Assembly (NCBI GenBank): GCA_036502045.1
Contig: DASXZG010000081.1
Coordinates: 22,599 to 86,598, forward strand
Source: Caulobacteraceae bacterium
GTDB lineage: Bacteria > Pseudomonadota > Alphaproteobacteria > Caulobacterales > Caulobacteraceae
DNA length: 64,000 nt
Reading direction: 5' to 3'
Below, one piece after another: positions 36,170-45,326 of this stretch (position 1 is its first letter; the number at the start of each line of letters is the position of its first letter). Made by a program: the position numbers and the translations under genes. The notes under the pieces were generated by a model. The model searched no databases, was not told the DNA's origin, and worked only from the letters and a program-made list of their open reading frames with translations.

Positions 36170-37069
36170 ATGGACCGTCCCGCCCCACCGGCGATCGCCA
36201 CCGCGCCCAGCGCGCTGATCACCGATGGCTGGGCCGACTACGCGCTGATCGACTCAGGGAACGGGCGCAAGCTGGAGCGCTACGGCCGCTATCTGGTCGA
36301 CCGGCCAGAGCCGCAGTGCCTGTGGACGCCGCGAGAACCCGATTGGATCGCCGACGCCACCTTCGACCCGGAGGGCGAGGAGGACACGGGACGCTGGCGC
36401 TTCCGTGGCCCGGCTGTGCAGACCTTCCCGCTGGCCTGGCGCGGCGTGCCCTTTCACGGCCGCTTCACTCCGTTCCGCCACCTCGGCTTCTTCCCCGAGC
36501 AGGCCGCCAACTGGGACTGGCTCGAAACGCGGGTTCGTAGTTCAGGAAAACCACTGAAGATACTGAACTTGTTTGGCTATACCGGTGTTGCGAGTCTCGC
36601 CTGCGCCTCGGTCGGGGCGCACGTCACCCATGTCGACGCGTCAAAGCGAGCGGTCGGGTGGGCGCGGGAGAACGCCGAGCTGGGGGGCCTGGCCGAGATG
36701 CCGGTGCGCTGGCTGACTGAGGACGCCCGCAAGTATGTGCAGCGCGAAGTGCGGCGCGGGCAGCGGTACGACGGCATCATCCTCGATCCGCCGAAGTTCG
36801 GCCGCGGCCCCGGCGGCGAGGTCTGGCGGCTGCTGGAGGACCTGCCGGAGCTGATCGCCGGGTGCGCCGCCCTGCTGGCGCCCGACGCATCGTTCCTGCT
36901 GCTCAACGCCTACGCCGAGCGCCTCTCCGGCCTGGCGCTGGCGGGGTTGCTGAGCGGCGCGCTGGCCGGCCGCGGCGGCGCCATCGACTGGGGCGAGCTG
37001 GCACTGATGGAACAGGGCGGCGACCGCGGCGTCGGCGTCTCGTTCTTCGCTCGCTGGAGCGCGACCTGA
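36170..37069 (+). CDS. Class I SAM-dependent rRNA methyltransferase (RlmI/RlmK-like catalytic domain)
   Basis: HLGFFPEQ, ILNLFGYTG, HVDASK, IILDPPKFG. Confidence 0.85.
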   Translation: MDRPAPPAIATAPSALITDGWADYALIDSGNGRKLERYGRYLVDRPEPQCLWTPREPDWIADATFDPEGEEDTGRWRFRGPAVQTFPLAWRGVPFHGRFTPFRHLGFFPEQAANWDWLETRVRSSGKPLKILNLFGYTGVASLACASVGAHVTHVDASKRAVGWARENAELGGLAEMPVRWLTEDARKYVQREVRRGQRYDGIILDPPKFGRGPGGEVWRLLEDLPELIAGCAALLAPDASFLLLNAYAERLSGLALAGLLSGALAGRGGAIDWGELALMEQGGDRGVGVSFFARWSAT

Positions 37070-37854
37070 TGCGAGCGATCACCTCGCTGACCAATCCGAC
37101 CGTGAAGGCGGTGCGGGCGCTGCATATGCGCAAAGCCCGCGAAGAGACCGGAACATTCCTGGCCGAGGGCCTGAAGATCGTCACCGAAGCGGTGGAGCTG
37201 GGCCGCGCGCCGAAGTCGCTGCTGTTCAGCGCCGAGGCGGCGGGTCATCCGCTGTTGAAGCAGGCGCTGGCGGCCGCCGAGCAAGCGGGCGGCGAGGCCA
37301 TCGAAGTGAGTCGCGACGTGCTGGCGAAGATTTCCCGGCGCGATAATCCGCAGACCGTCCTGGCCGTGTTCGATCAGGCGTTCGCGCCGCTGGAGGCGCT
37401 GCACCCAGCGTCGGCGCGCTGCTGGGTGGCGCTGGAGGCGGTGCGCGATCCCGGCAACCTCGGGACCATCATCCGCACCGCGGACGCGGCCGGCTGCGGC
37501 GGCGTCATCCTGGTGGGCGACTGCTGCGACCCGTTTTCGGTGGAAGCGGTCCGCGCGACCATGGGCTCGATCTTCGCCGTGCAAATCGCCCGCGCCGACA
37601 CCACGGCGTTCGTGGGCTGGCGCGCTGGCTGGCCTGGCGCGGTCGTGGGCACGCTGCTCTCCGCGACGACCGACTTCCGCGAGGCGACCTACGCGCCGCC
37701 GACGCTGATCCTGATGGGCAACGAGCAACAGGGCCTCACCCCTGCCCTCGCCGCCGCCTGCGACGTCGCGGTGAAGATCCCCATGCGCGGCCGCGCCGAC
37801 AGCCTCAACCTCGCCGTCGCCACCGGCGTGATGATCTACGCCGCGACCGCCTAA
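37069..37854 (+). CDS. TrmH/SpoU-family RNA methyltransferase
   Basis: ATG overlaps the previous stop. ITSLTNPTVK, VRDPGNLGTIIRT, MGNEQQG, IPMRGRADSLNLAVA. Confidence 0.92.
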   Translation: MRAITSLTNPTVKAVRALHMRKAREETGTFLAEGLKIVTEAVELGRAPKSLLFSAEAAGHPLLKQALAAAEQAGGEAIEVSRDVLAKISRRDNPQTVLAVFDQAFAPLEALHPASARCWVALEAVRDPGNLGTIIRTADAAGCGGVILVGDCCDPFSVEAVRATMGSIFAVQIARADTTAFVGWRAGWPGAVVGTLLSATTDFREATYAPPTLILMGNEQQGLTPALAAACDVAVKIPMRGRADSLNLAVATGVMIYAATA

Positions 37855-40271
37855 GTTCCACGCGGTTTGGCCCGCGTCGTCGGGGCAGAGTTGGCGGGGT
37901 CTTCGGGCCAGACGTGCCTGGGGTAACGGCCGCGCATCTCCTTGCGCACCTCGGCCCAGGCGCCGCGCCAGAAGCCGGGCAGGTCCTTGGTCAGCTGGAT
38001 CGGCCGATGCGCCGGCGAAAGCAGCGCCAGCGTCAGCGGCTGGCCGGCGATGACCGGGTGGGCGTCCAGCCCGTACAGCTCCTGCACCCGAACATCGATG
38101 CGGGGTCCACCTTCGGCGCCGTAGTCGATAGCGAACGTCGACCCGGTGGGCGCGGTGAAGCGGGCCGGCGCGGCGCGATCAAGGGCGCGGATGGCGTCGT
38201 AGCCGGCATGAGCGCGCAGCGAAGCCTCCAGCTCGGCGTCGGTGAGCTGCGCCAGCGCCGACTTGCCCGCCAGCTCCGGCGCCAGCCACGCATCCAGAAC
38301 GGCGAGCAGCGTCTCGTCCGAGAGATCGGGCCCGCTGGCGAAGGCGGCGCGGGCTCGCAGCGCTTGCGATGACTCACCCCAGGGCAGCGCGGCGAGACCT
38401 TGTTGGCGCACCTCATCCAGCAAGGCGCCGACGATCATCGCCTTGTCGGGATCGGCGATGCGCCGTTCCTCCAGCACAAGCCGGCCCAGCATCAGCCGCT
38501 CCAGCGCCCGCAGCCGGCCGCCTGTGTCGCGAACCAGCGACGCGTCGCGGGACAGCCGATCGGCGAAGGTGGTCGTCAGTTCGGCCGGATCGAGTTCGGC
38601 GGCGAGCAGGATGCGGTCTCGCGCCTCGCCGCCGCCCAGCTCCGCCACGGCGAGCCACGCCGCCTTGGCAAGGCTCTCGGTGGCCTCCAGATGCGCGCCG
38701 CGGCCGCTGGCGAGCTGGAACTGGCCGGCGGCGCCGCGCGCCTTGGCGATCCGCTCCGGCCACGCCTCGGCCAGCAGCAACGCGTCGCTAAGCGGGGCCG
38801 CGCCGCTGGCCTTGCCGGCCTCGCGAGCCCAGCGGGCGGCCAGCTGGCCGGCGTCGCGGGCTCGTGGACCGCGGTCGCGGCCGAAGCTCTCCAGCCGGGT
38901 CTCCAGATCGGCGCTGCGCCCGCCGAGGCCCCTTTCGACCATCAGCGCGGCGATCCGCGCCGCCCGCTCGCCCTGCCCGGACGCCGCGCCGCGCAGCACC
39001 ATGTGCGCCAGCCTGGGCGGCAGCGCGATGTTCGACATGCGCCGGCCATGCGGTGTGATCGCACCGGAGGCGTCGAGCGCGCCGAGCCGCTGCAGCAGCG
39101 TCCTCGCTTCGGCCATCGCTGCCCCCGGCGGCCGGTCGAGGAACGCGAGGCCGGCGCCGTCGCCAGCCCCCCACAGCGCCAGGTCCAGCACCAACGCCGA
39201 GAGGTCGGCTTCCAGGATCTCCGGCCGGTCGAACGGGACCAAGCCCCGCGTCTCTCGCTCGTCCCACAGGCGGTAGCAGACGCCGGGCTCAATGCGTCCG
39301 GCGCGGCCACGGCGCTGGTCGGCGGCGGCGGCGGTGACGCGCACCGTTTCCAGTCGGGTCAGGCCGCTGGCGGGGTCGTAGCGCGGCACGCGGGCCAGAC
39401 CGGCGTCGATCACCACCCGCACACCTTCGATGGTCAGGCTGGTCTGGGCGATGGCGGTGGCCAGCACCACCTTGCGGCGGCCCGGCGCGGCTGCCGCGAT
39501 GGCGGCGTCCTGAGCGCGGGGGTCGAGCGCGCCGTAGAGCGGAGCGATGTCCATGGCCGGCGGCAGCGCCTCGGCCGCCAGCCGCTCGGCGACACGCAGA
39601 ATCTCGCCCTGCCCCGGCAGGAAAACCAGCAGACTGCCGGTTTCCGAGGCCAGCGCCCGGCGAATAGCGCGCGCCACCTGGTCCTCGATGCGCAGCGCCG
39701 GGTCGCGGCCGAGGTAGCGGGTCTCGACCGGGAACATCCGGCCCTGGCTCTCGACGATCGGCGCATCGCCCAGCAGCGCCGCTACCGGCGCGGCGTCGAG
39801 GGTGGCGGACATCACCACCAGCTTGAGGTCGTCCCGCAGCACCTCCTGGCTGTCGCGGGCGAAGGCCAGACCCAGGTCGGCGTCCAGGCTGCGCTCGTGG
39901 AACTCGTCGAACAGCACCGCGGCGACGCCATCGAGGCCGGGATCGGACTCGATCATGCGGGTAAAGACGCCTTCGGTGACCACCTCGATGCGGGTGCGGG
40001 CCGAGACCCGGGACGCCAGCCGCACGCGGTAGCCGACGGTCTCGCCGACGGCCTCGCCCAGGGTCGCGGCCATGCGCTCGGCGGCGGCGCGGGCGGCGAT
40101 GCGGCGCGGCTCCAGCAAGATCAGCTTGCCGCCGGCCACCCAGGGCTCAGGCAACAGCTCGAGCGGCGTTACCGTGGTCTTGCCAGCCCCCGGCGGGGCG
40201 ACCAGCACCGCGGCGTCGCGCTCAGCCAGCGCCGCCTTGAGCGCCGGCAACGCGTCGTGGATGGGCAGCAT
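37851..40271 (-). CDS. hrpB: ATP-dependent RNA helicase HrpB
   Basis: APPGAGKTT, DEFHER, MSAT, QRRGRAGR, and the HrpB C-terminus (LSPAHRPIQLTKDLPGFW, GRYPRHVWP). Confidence 0.96.
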   Translation of the reverse strand: MLPIHDALPALKAALAERDAAVLVAPPGAGKTTVTPLELLPEPWVAGGKLILLEPRRIAARAAAERMAATLGEAVGETVGYRVRLASRVSARTRIEVVTEGVFTRMIESDPGLDGVAAVLFDEFHERSLDADLGLAFARDSQEVLRDDLKLVVMSATLDAAPVAALLGDAPIVESQGRMFPVETRYLGRDPALRIEDQVARAIRRALASETGSLLVFLPGQGEILRVAERLAAEALPPAMDIAPLYGALDPRAQDAAIAAAAPGRRKVVLATAIAQTSLTIEGVRVVIDAGLARVPRYDPASGLTRLETVRVTAAAADQRRGRAGRIEPGVCYRLWDERETRGLVPFDRPEILEADLSALVLDLALWGAGDGAGLAFLDRPPGAAMAEARTLLQRLGALDASGAITPHGRRMSNIALPPRLAHMVLRGAASGQGERAARIAALMVERGLGGRSADLETRLESFGRDRGPRARDAGQLAARWAREAGKASGAAPLSDALLLAEAWPERIAKARGAAGQFQLASGRGAHLEATESLAKAAWLAVAELGGGEARDRILLAAELDPAELTTTFADRLSRDASLVRDTGGRLRALERLMLGRLVLEERRIADPDKAMIVGALLDEVRQQGLAALPWGESSQALRARAAFASGPDLSDETLLAVLDAWLAPELAGKSALAQLTDAELEASLRAHAGYDAIRALDRAAPARFTAPTGSTFAIDYGAEGGPRIDVRVQELYGLDAHPVIAGQPLTLALLSPAHRPIQLTKDLPGFWRGAWAEVRKEMRGRYPRHVWPEDPANSAPTTRAKPRGT

Positions 40272-40283
40272 GGGCCCCAGCGT

Positions 40284-41879
40284 CTACTCCGCGGGTGGGT
40301 GCGTGCCCATGGCGGCGACCTCGGCCTGCATCAGGTTGCCCTTGCTCAGCTTCGAGTTCCAGAGGCCAAAGACGAAGTAGACCAGGAAGCCGACGCCGAC
40401 ATAGACGAGGAAGAAGTTGCGGGTCTTCTCGACGCCCATAATCAGGCTGAGCAGCAGCACGATGCACATGATCGCGCCCAGGATCGGCACCACTGGATAG
40501 AGGGGCGCGCGGAACGGCCGCGGCATGTTGGGGTGCGTCACCCGCAGGTAGATGACCGTGCCGCAGACAATGGTGAAGGCCGCCAGCGTGCCGACGTTGG
40601 TCACGTCCGACAGCGTGTCGAGCGACAGGAAGCCGGCGCACGCCGCCGCCACCAGGCCCACGATGATGGTGTTGATCCAGGGCGTCTTGAACCGCTTGTG
40701 CACGGCGGCGAGTTGCGAGGGCAGCAGCCCGTCGTGGCTCATGGTGTAGAAGATGCGGGTCTGGCCGTAGAGCAGCACCAGCATGACGCTGGAGAGCCCG
40801 CAGATCGCGCCCAGCTTCACTAGTTCGGCAAACCAGGTGATGCCGATCTTGTTCACGGCGTAGGCGATCGGCGCGGGCCCATCGAGCTGGGCGTAAGGGA
40901 CGATGCCCACCAGCACCGCGCAGGTGGCGATGTAGAGGATGGTGCACACCAGGAGTGAACCCAGGATGCCGATCGGCATGTCGCGCGAGGGGTTCTTGGA
41001 CTCCGCGCCAGCCGTCGAGACTGCCTCGAACCCGATGTAGGCGAAGAAGATCACGGCCGCGCCGTGGATGACGCCGCCGACGCCGTACTGCGAGCTCTTC
41101 TTGCCGGTAACGATGTCGCCGAGGGCGCTGAGAATCTGGTGCCCCATGTCCATCGGGGTGCCCGGCGGCGGCGCGGGAACCTGCGCCGGGATCAGCGGCG
41201 ACCACAGCGCCGGGTGCACATAGAAGGCGCCGATGCCGATGAAGGCGATCACCACCGTGAGCTTGATGACCACGATGATGTTGTTGACCGTGGCGCTCTC
41301 CGACACGCCCACGATGAGCAAGGTCGTCACGGCCGCAATGCCCAGCACCGCCGGCAAGTTGACGACGCCCGTTCCGATGACGGCGCCGGTGATGGGGTCC
41401 TTCACCGGAGAGCCCGCCGCGGCCTGCAAGGCGACCGGCAGGTGGATGTGCAGGTCGGCCAGCAGGCTGATCAGATAGCCGGACCAGCCGACCGCCACGG
41501 TCGCCGCGGCCAGCCCGTATTCCAGCAGCAGCAGCACGCCCATGATCCAGGCGACGATCTCGCCGGTCGAGGCGTAGCTGTAGGAATAGGCCGAGCCCGA
41601 GACCGGCAGCGCCGAAGCCAGCTCCGCGTAGCAGAGGGCGACCAGGCCGCACAGAATCCCGGTGATCACGAACGAGATCATGATGCCGGGGCCCGCCCAC
41701 TCGGCAGCGGCGTGGCCCGTGAGCACGAAGATGCCGGTCCCGATGATGCAGCCGATGCCCAGCAGCACCAGGTTGAGCGCGCCAAGCGTGCGCTTCAGCT
41801 CGCTATGGTCGGTCTCGGCGTGGATCAGTTCCACCGACTTGCGCTGGAACATCCGCGCGACGATCGAGACGTTCGCCAT
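40284..41879 (-). CDS. APC-family amino acid permease
   Basis: LGIGCIIGTGIF, YAELASALPVSGSAY, FFAYIGFE, GQTRIFY; many TM helices. Confidence 0.93.
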   Translation of the reverse strand: MANVSIVARMFQRKSVELIHAETDHSELKRTLGALNLVLLGIGCIIGTGIFVLTGHAAAEWAGPGIMISFVITGILCGLVALCYAELASALPVSGSAYSYSYASTGEIVAWIMGVLLLLEYGLAAATVAVGWSGYLISLLADLHIHLPVALQAAAGSPVKDPITGAVIGTGVVNLPAVLGIAAVTTLLIVGVSESATVNNIIVVIKLTVVIAFIGIGAFYVHPALWSPLIPAQVPAPPPGTPMDMGHQILSALGDIVTGKKSSQYGVGGVIHGAAVIFFAYIGFEAVSTAGAESKNPSRDMPIGILGSLLVCTILYIATCAVLVGIVPYAQLDGPAPIAYAVNKIGITWFAELVKLGAICGLSSVMLVLLYGQTRIFYTMSHDGLLPSQLAAVHKRFKTPWINTIIVGLVAAACAGFLSLDTLSDVTNVGTLAAFTIVCGTVIYLRVTHPNMPRPFRAPLYPVVPILGAIMCIVLLLSLIMGVEKTRNFFLVYVGVGFLVYFVFGLWNSKLSKGNLMQAEVAAMGTHPPAE

Positions 41880-42002
41880 GCCAAACCAGTCCTGTTGTGA
41901 CTCGGCCCCCCGAGGCCCCGAGCGGGCACGCTACCGGGGCCGTGTCGTCCCCGCAATGCGGCCGGCTTTGCGCTCGGGCCACAGCGCCCTATTCTCTCCT
42001 CC

Positions 42003-42686
42003 ATGGAAGAGACCGAAGACGGCCCGCCGATCCGCGCCATCATCGCGCCGGTGACGCCGCTGCAGCAGAACTGCACCATCGTCTGGTGCGTGAAGACCAA
42101 GAAGGCCGCCGTCATCGACCCGGGCGGCGAGGTTCCGCGCCTGCTGGCCATTCTGGAGGACCAGGGTCTGACCCTGGAAAAGATCTGGATCACTCACGGC
42201 CACATGGACCACGCCGGCGGCACGGCGGCGCTGAAGGCCGCCACCGGGTGTCCGATCGAGGGGCCGCACCCGGACGACCAGTTCTGGATCGAGCGCATCG
42301 ACGAGAGCGGCAAGCGCTACGGCATGCCCGACGCCAAGGCGTTCACCCCCGACCGCTGGCTTTTCGACGGCGACAAAGTGACGCTGGGGGAGACCGAGTG
42401 GGAGGTGTTCCACACCCCAGGACACACGCCCGGCCACGTCGTGTTCTTCAATCGCGAGTCGCGGTTCGCGCAGGTGGGCGACGTGCTGTTCGCCGGCTCG
42501 ATCGGCCGCACCGACTTCCCGCGCGGCAACTTTCAGGACCTGATCGCCTCCATAACCGGCAAACTCTGGCCTCTGGGCGACGACGTCACCTTCGTGCCGG
42601 GCCACGAGCAAATTTCCACCTTCGGACAGGAGCGGCGCACCAATCCGTTCGTCGCCGACGAAGTGCTGGCCGAGACGCGTTCGTGA
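42003..42686 (+). CDS. MBL-fold metallo-hydrolase (YcbL/glyoxalase II-like)
   Basis: VTPLQQNC, THGHMDHAGG, TPGHTPG, GDVLF.GSIGRTD, PGH. Confidence 0.92.
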   Translation: MEETEDGPPIRAIIAPVTPLQQNCTIVWCVKTKKAAVIDPGGEVPRLLAILEDQGLTLEKIWITHGHMDHAGGTAALKAATGCPIEGPHPDDQFWIERIDESGKRYGMPDAKAFTPDRWLFDGDKVTLGETEWEVFHTPGHTPGHVVFFNRESRFAQVGDVLFAGSIGRTDFPRGNFQDLIASITGKLWPLGDDVTFVPGHEQISTFGQERRTNPFVADEVLAETRS

Positions 42687-42779
42687 CCCCCGCCGCGCCG
42701 ATTGCGCAGTTGTTGCAACACCGACATTCTGGAGCCACAGCTGGCCGACAGCTTCCGGCGCATGCCAAGCACTGCTGAA

Positions 42780-43517
42780 ATGCCCCACAACCGCGCGTCC
42801 GCCGAACCTGCCGAACGCATCCTGGTCGTGGATGACGACCCCGGCATCCGTGACGTCGTCTCGGAGTTCCTGCAACGCCACGGCTACGAGGTCGACACCG
42901 CCGCCGATGGCCGCGAGATGGATCGCTCGTTGGCGCGCGCGCCGGCCGACGTCGTCATCCTCGACATCATGCTGCCGGGCGAGGACGGCCTGGCCATCTG
43001 CCGCAAGCTGGCCCGGCCCGACGGTCCGGCCATCATCATGCTGTCGGCCATGGGCGAGGAAACCGACCGCATCGTCGGCCTGGAGCTCGGCGCCGACGAC
43101 TACGTGCCCAAGCCCTGCAATCCGCGCGAACTACTGGCCCGCGTCCGCGCCGTGCTGCGCCGCCGGCGCGAGCCGCGCGGCGACGACAGCCTCGACGCAG
43201 CCTGCGAATTCGCCGGCTGGCGTCTGGACCTCGTCCGCCATGAGCTGCGCTCGCCGGAAGGGGCGGTGGTGAACCTTTCCAGCGGCGAGTTCTCGCTGCT
43301 GCGCGCTTTCGTGGAGCGGCCGCAGCGGGTGCTGTCGCGCGACCAGTTGCTGGAATACGCCCGCGGGCCGCAGTCCGACGCTTTTGATCGCGCCATCGAC
43401 GTGCAGATCAGCCGGCTGCGGCGCAAGCTCGACGACAGCGTCTCCGGCCAGGAGCTGATCCGCACCGTGCGCAACGAGGGCTACATCTTCACCCCGAAGG
43501 TCTCGCGCACGCCATGA
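42780..43517 (+). CDS. OmpR-family response regulator
   Basis: ILVVDDD, ILDIMLPGEDG, ADDYVPKP, winged helix (FDRAIDVQISRLRRKL, IRTVRNEGY). Confidence 0.95.
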   Translation: MPHNRASAEPAERILVVDDDPGIRDVVSEFLQRHGYEVDTAADGREMDRSLARAPADVVILDIMLPGEDGLAICRKLARPDGPAIIMLSAMGEETDRIVGLELGADDYVPKPCNPRELLARVRAVLRRRREPRGDDSLDAACEFAGWRLDLVRHELRSPEGAVVNLSSGEFSLLRAFVERPQRVLSRDQLLEYARGPQSDAFDRAIDVQISRLRRKLDDSVSGQELIRTVRNEGYIFTPKVSRTP

Positions 43518-44917
43518 ACCGAGCGCCGGCGACGACGCTGTTCCTGCAAGCGCTGGGGCTGGTGCTCGCGACCCTCGTCGCCGTAGTCGTCGCAGCGTCG
43601 ATCATGATCATCAACATCCCGCCGCCGCCGCCCGACGTCTACACGGTGGCGGAAGTGGCGCAGGCGGTGCGCACGGGCCACACCGCTCAGAGCGTCGAAG
43701 GTCGCGAGCTGATCGTCGGTCACCAGGCGCCGTCGACGCTGACGCCCCCGCCGGGCCGCCGCCACCTGCAGTTCCGCGAGGGTCTGGCGAAGGTGCTCGG
43801 CATCGACCCGTCGATGATCGTCATCGTTCAGAACCAGACGCGCATCGTGGCTTTCGGCGCCGAGCAGGATCGCCCGCGGCCGCCGAGGCCGCCGGGTGCG
43901 CCGCCAGCGCTCAACGGCCCGCCTCCGGAACAGGCCAACCTGTTCGGGCCGTTCCAGCTCTCGATCCGGCAGCCGGGCGGCCAATGGGTCACCGTCTCGC
44001 CGCGGCGCCCGCTGATCGATGGCTGGCAGCAGCGCTTCCTGCTGGTGCTGGCGGTGGCGGCGTTCGCGGTGACGCCGCTGGCTTGGTGGTTCGCCCGCCG
44101 GATCGCCGCCCCGATCGTCGCCTTCGCCCGGGCCGCCGAGCGTCTGGGCCGCGACCCCGACGCACCGCCCCTCGACATGCACGGCTCCACCGAGGTCGAC
44201 GCCGCCGTCGCCGCCTTCAACCTGATGCAGCAGCGGCTGAAACGCTACGTCACCTATCGCACCACCATGATCGGGGCGATCGCCCACGATCTGCGCACGC
44301 CGCTGACCCGGCTGAAGTTCCGGCTCGAAGCCGCACCCGACGATTTGCGCGCCAAGCTGGTCGCCGACATCGACGAGATGGAAGCGATGATCGCCTCCAC
44401 GCTGGCCTTCGTACAGGACGCCACCCGCCCCGGCAGCCGCACCAAGCTGGAAGTGGCCTCACTGGTCGAGACGGTGATGGACGAGGCCGCCGAGACCGGC
44501 GCCGACGCCGCGGTCGAGTGGGTCGAGCGCACAGTGGTCGACGGCGACCCGATCGCGCTGAAGCGGCTGGTGACCAACCTCGTCGACAACGCCCTGAAGT
44601 TCGGCTCCTGCGCCCGAGGGCGGGTGTTTTCCGAAGGCGGCATGGCCATCCTCGAGGTCGACGACAACGGGCCCGGCGTGCCCGAAACCGAGATAGAGCG
44701 CGCCTTCGAGCCGTTCCAGCGTCTGGAGAGCTCGCGCAGCCGCGAGACCGGCGGCGCCGGGCTTGGGCTGGCCGTAGTGCGCGCCATCGCCCGCGGCCAC
44801 GGCGGCGAGGTGACGCTGCAGAACCGCTCCGAAGGCGGTCTTCGGGCGCGGGTCAGCCTGCCTTTGGCGCTGCGCGGCGGCCGCCGCGAACCAGCGGTCG
44901 CGATCGCCGCCGAGTAA
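43514..44917 (+). CDS. HAMP-domain sensor histidine kinase
   Basis: Two TM segments, HAMP, H-box IAHDLRTPL, N-box NLVDNALK, DNGPG, GLGLA. Confidence 0.95.
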   Translation: MNRAPATTLFLQALGLVLATLVAVVVAASIMIINIPPPPPDVYTVAEVAQAVRTGHTAQSVEGRELIVGHQAPSTLTPPPGRRHLQFREGLAKVLGIDPSMIVIVQNQTRIVAFGAEQDRPRPPRPPGAPPALNGPPPEQANLFGPFQLSIRQPGGQWVTVSPRRPLIDGWQQRFLLVLAVAAFAVTPLAWWFARRIAAPIVAFARAAERLGRDPDAPPLDMHGSTEVDAAVAAFNLMQQRLKRYVTYRTTMIGAIAHDLRTPLTRLKFRLEAAPDDLRAKLVADIDEMEAMIASTLAFVQDATRPGSRTKLEVASLVETVMDEAAETGADAAVEWVERTVVDGDPIALKRLVTNLVDNALKFGSCARGRVFSEGGMAILEVDDNGPGVPETEIERAFEPFQRLESSRSRETGGAGLGLAVVRAIARGHGGEVTLQNRSEGGLRARVSLPLALRGGRREPAVAIAAE

Positions 44918-44970
44918 GCCGCCCGCTTGGCCACAATCTCGTCCCCGAACCAGCGGAACTGGAGCGGGTC

Positions 44971-44995
44971 GCAACCAGAGCTTCAGCTCTGCGTT
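44971..44995 (+). promoter_or_regulatory. Putative EcfG/SigT promoter of the KGG stress gene
   Basis: GCAAC-N16-CGTT, against the GGAAC-N16/17-CGTT consensus. Confidence 0.6.
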
Positions 44996-45101
44996 AGCAA
45001 CCCCGAGACGGCAACGCCGACTCTCGCCGTACACGCGCCGGTTAGCGCTGCACGCGGGAGCACCACGTCGACCGGGCTGGGATCGTGCAAGGAGTAGCTT
45101 G

Positions 45102-45326
45102 ATGGATATGACCAACGAAGGCGCGACGCGCCGCACCGGTCGCCGCGGGTTCGCGGCGATGGACCCCGAACGGCGTCGCGAGATCGCCCGTCGGGGCGGC
45201 GCCAGCGTCCCTAGCGAGAAGCGCAGCTTCGCGCAGAATCGCGACCTCGCGGCCGATGCCGGTCGCAAGGGCGGCGCGGCGTCGCGTGGCGGCGGCCGCC
45301 GCCCCTCGCCCCGCTCGATGGGCTAG
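45102..45326 (+). CDS. KGG-repeat general stress protein (Con-10/GsiB-like)
   Basis: RGFAAMDPERRREIARRGG...FAQNRDLAADAGRKGG; AAGGAG RBS. Confidence 0.9.
   Translation: MDMTNEGATRRTGRRGFAAMDPERRREIARRGGASVPSEKRSFAQNRDLAADAGRKGGAASRGGGRRPSPRSMG

Noticed and set aside
38400-40823. 807-aa plus-strand ORF, and similar long ORFs such as 45446-47782, 51353-54004, 20353-21996 and 33918-35501
   Set aside because: Antisense or frame-shifted shadows of hrpB, egtBD, emrB/qor, spoT and the serine hydrolase; no recognisable domains.
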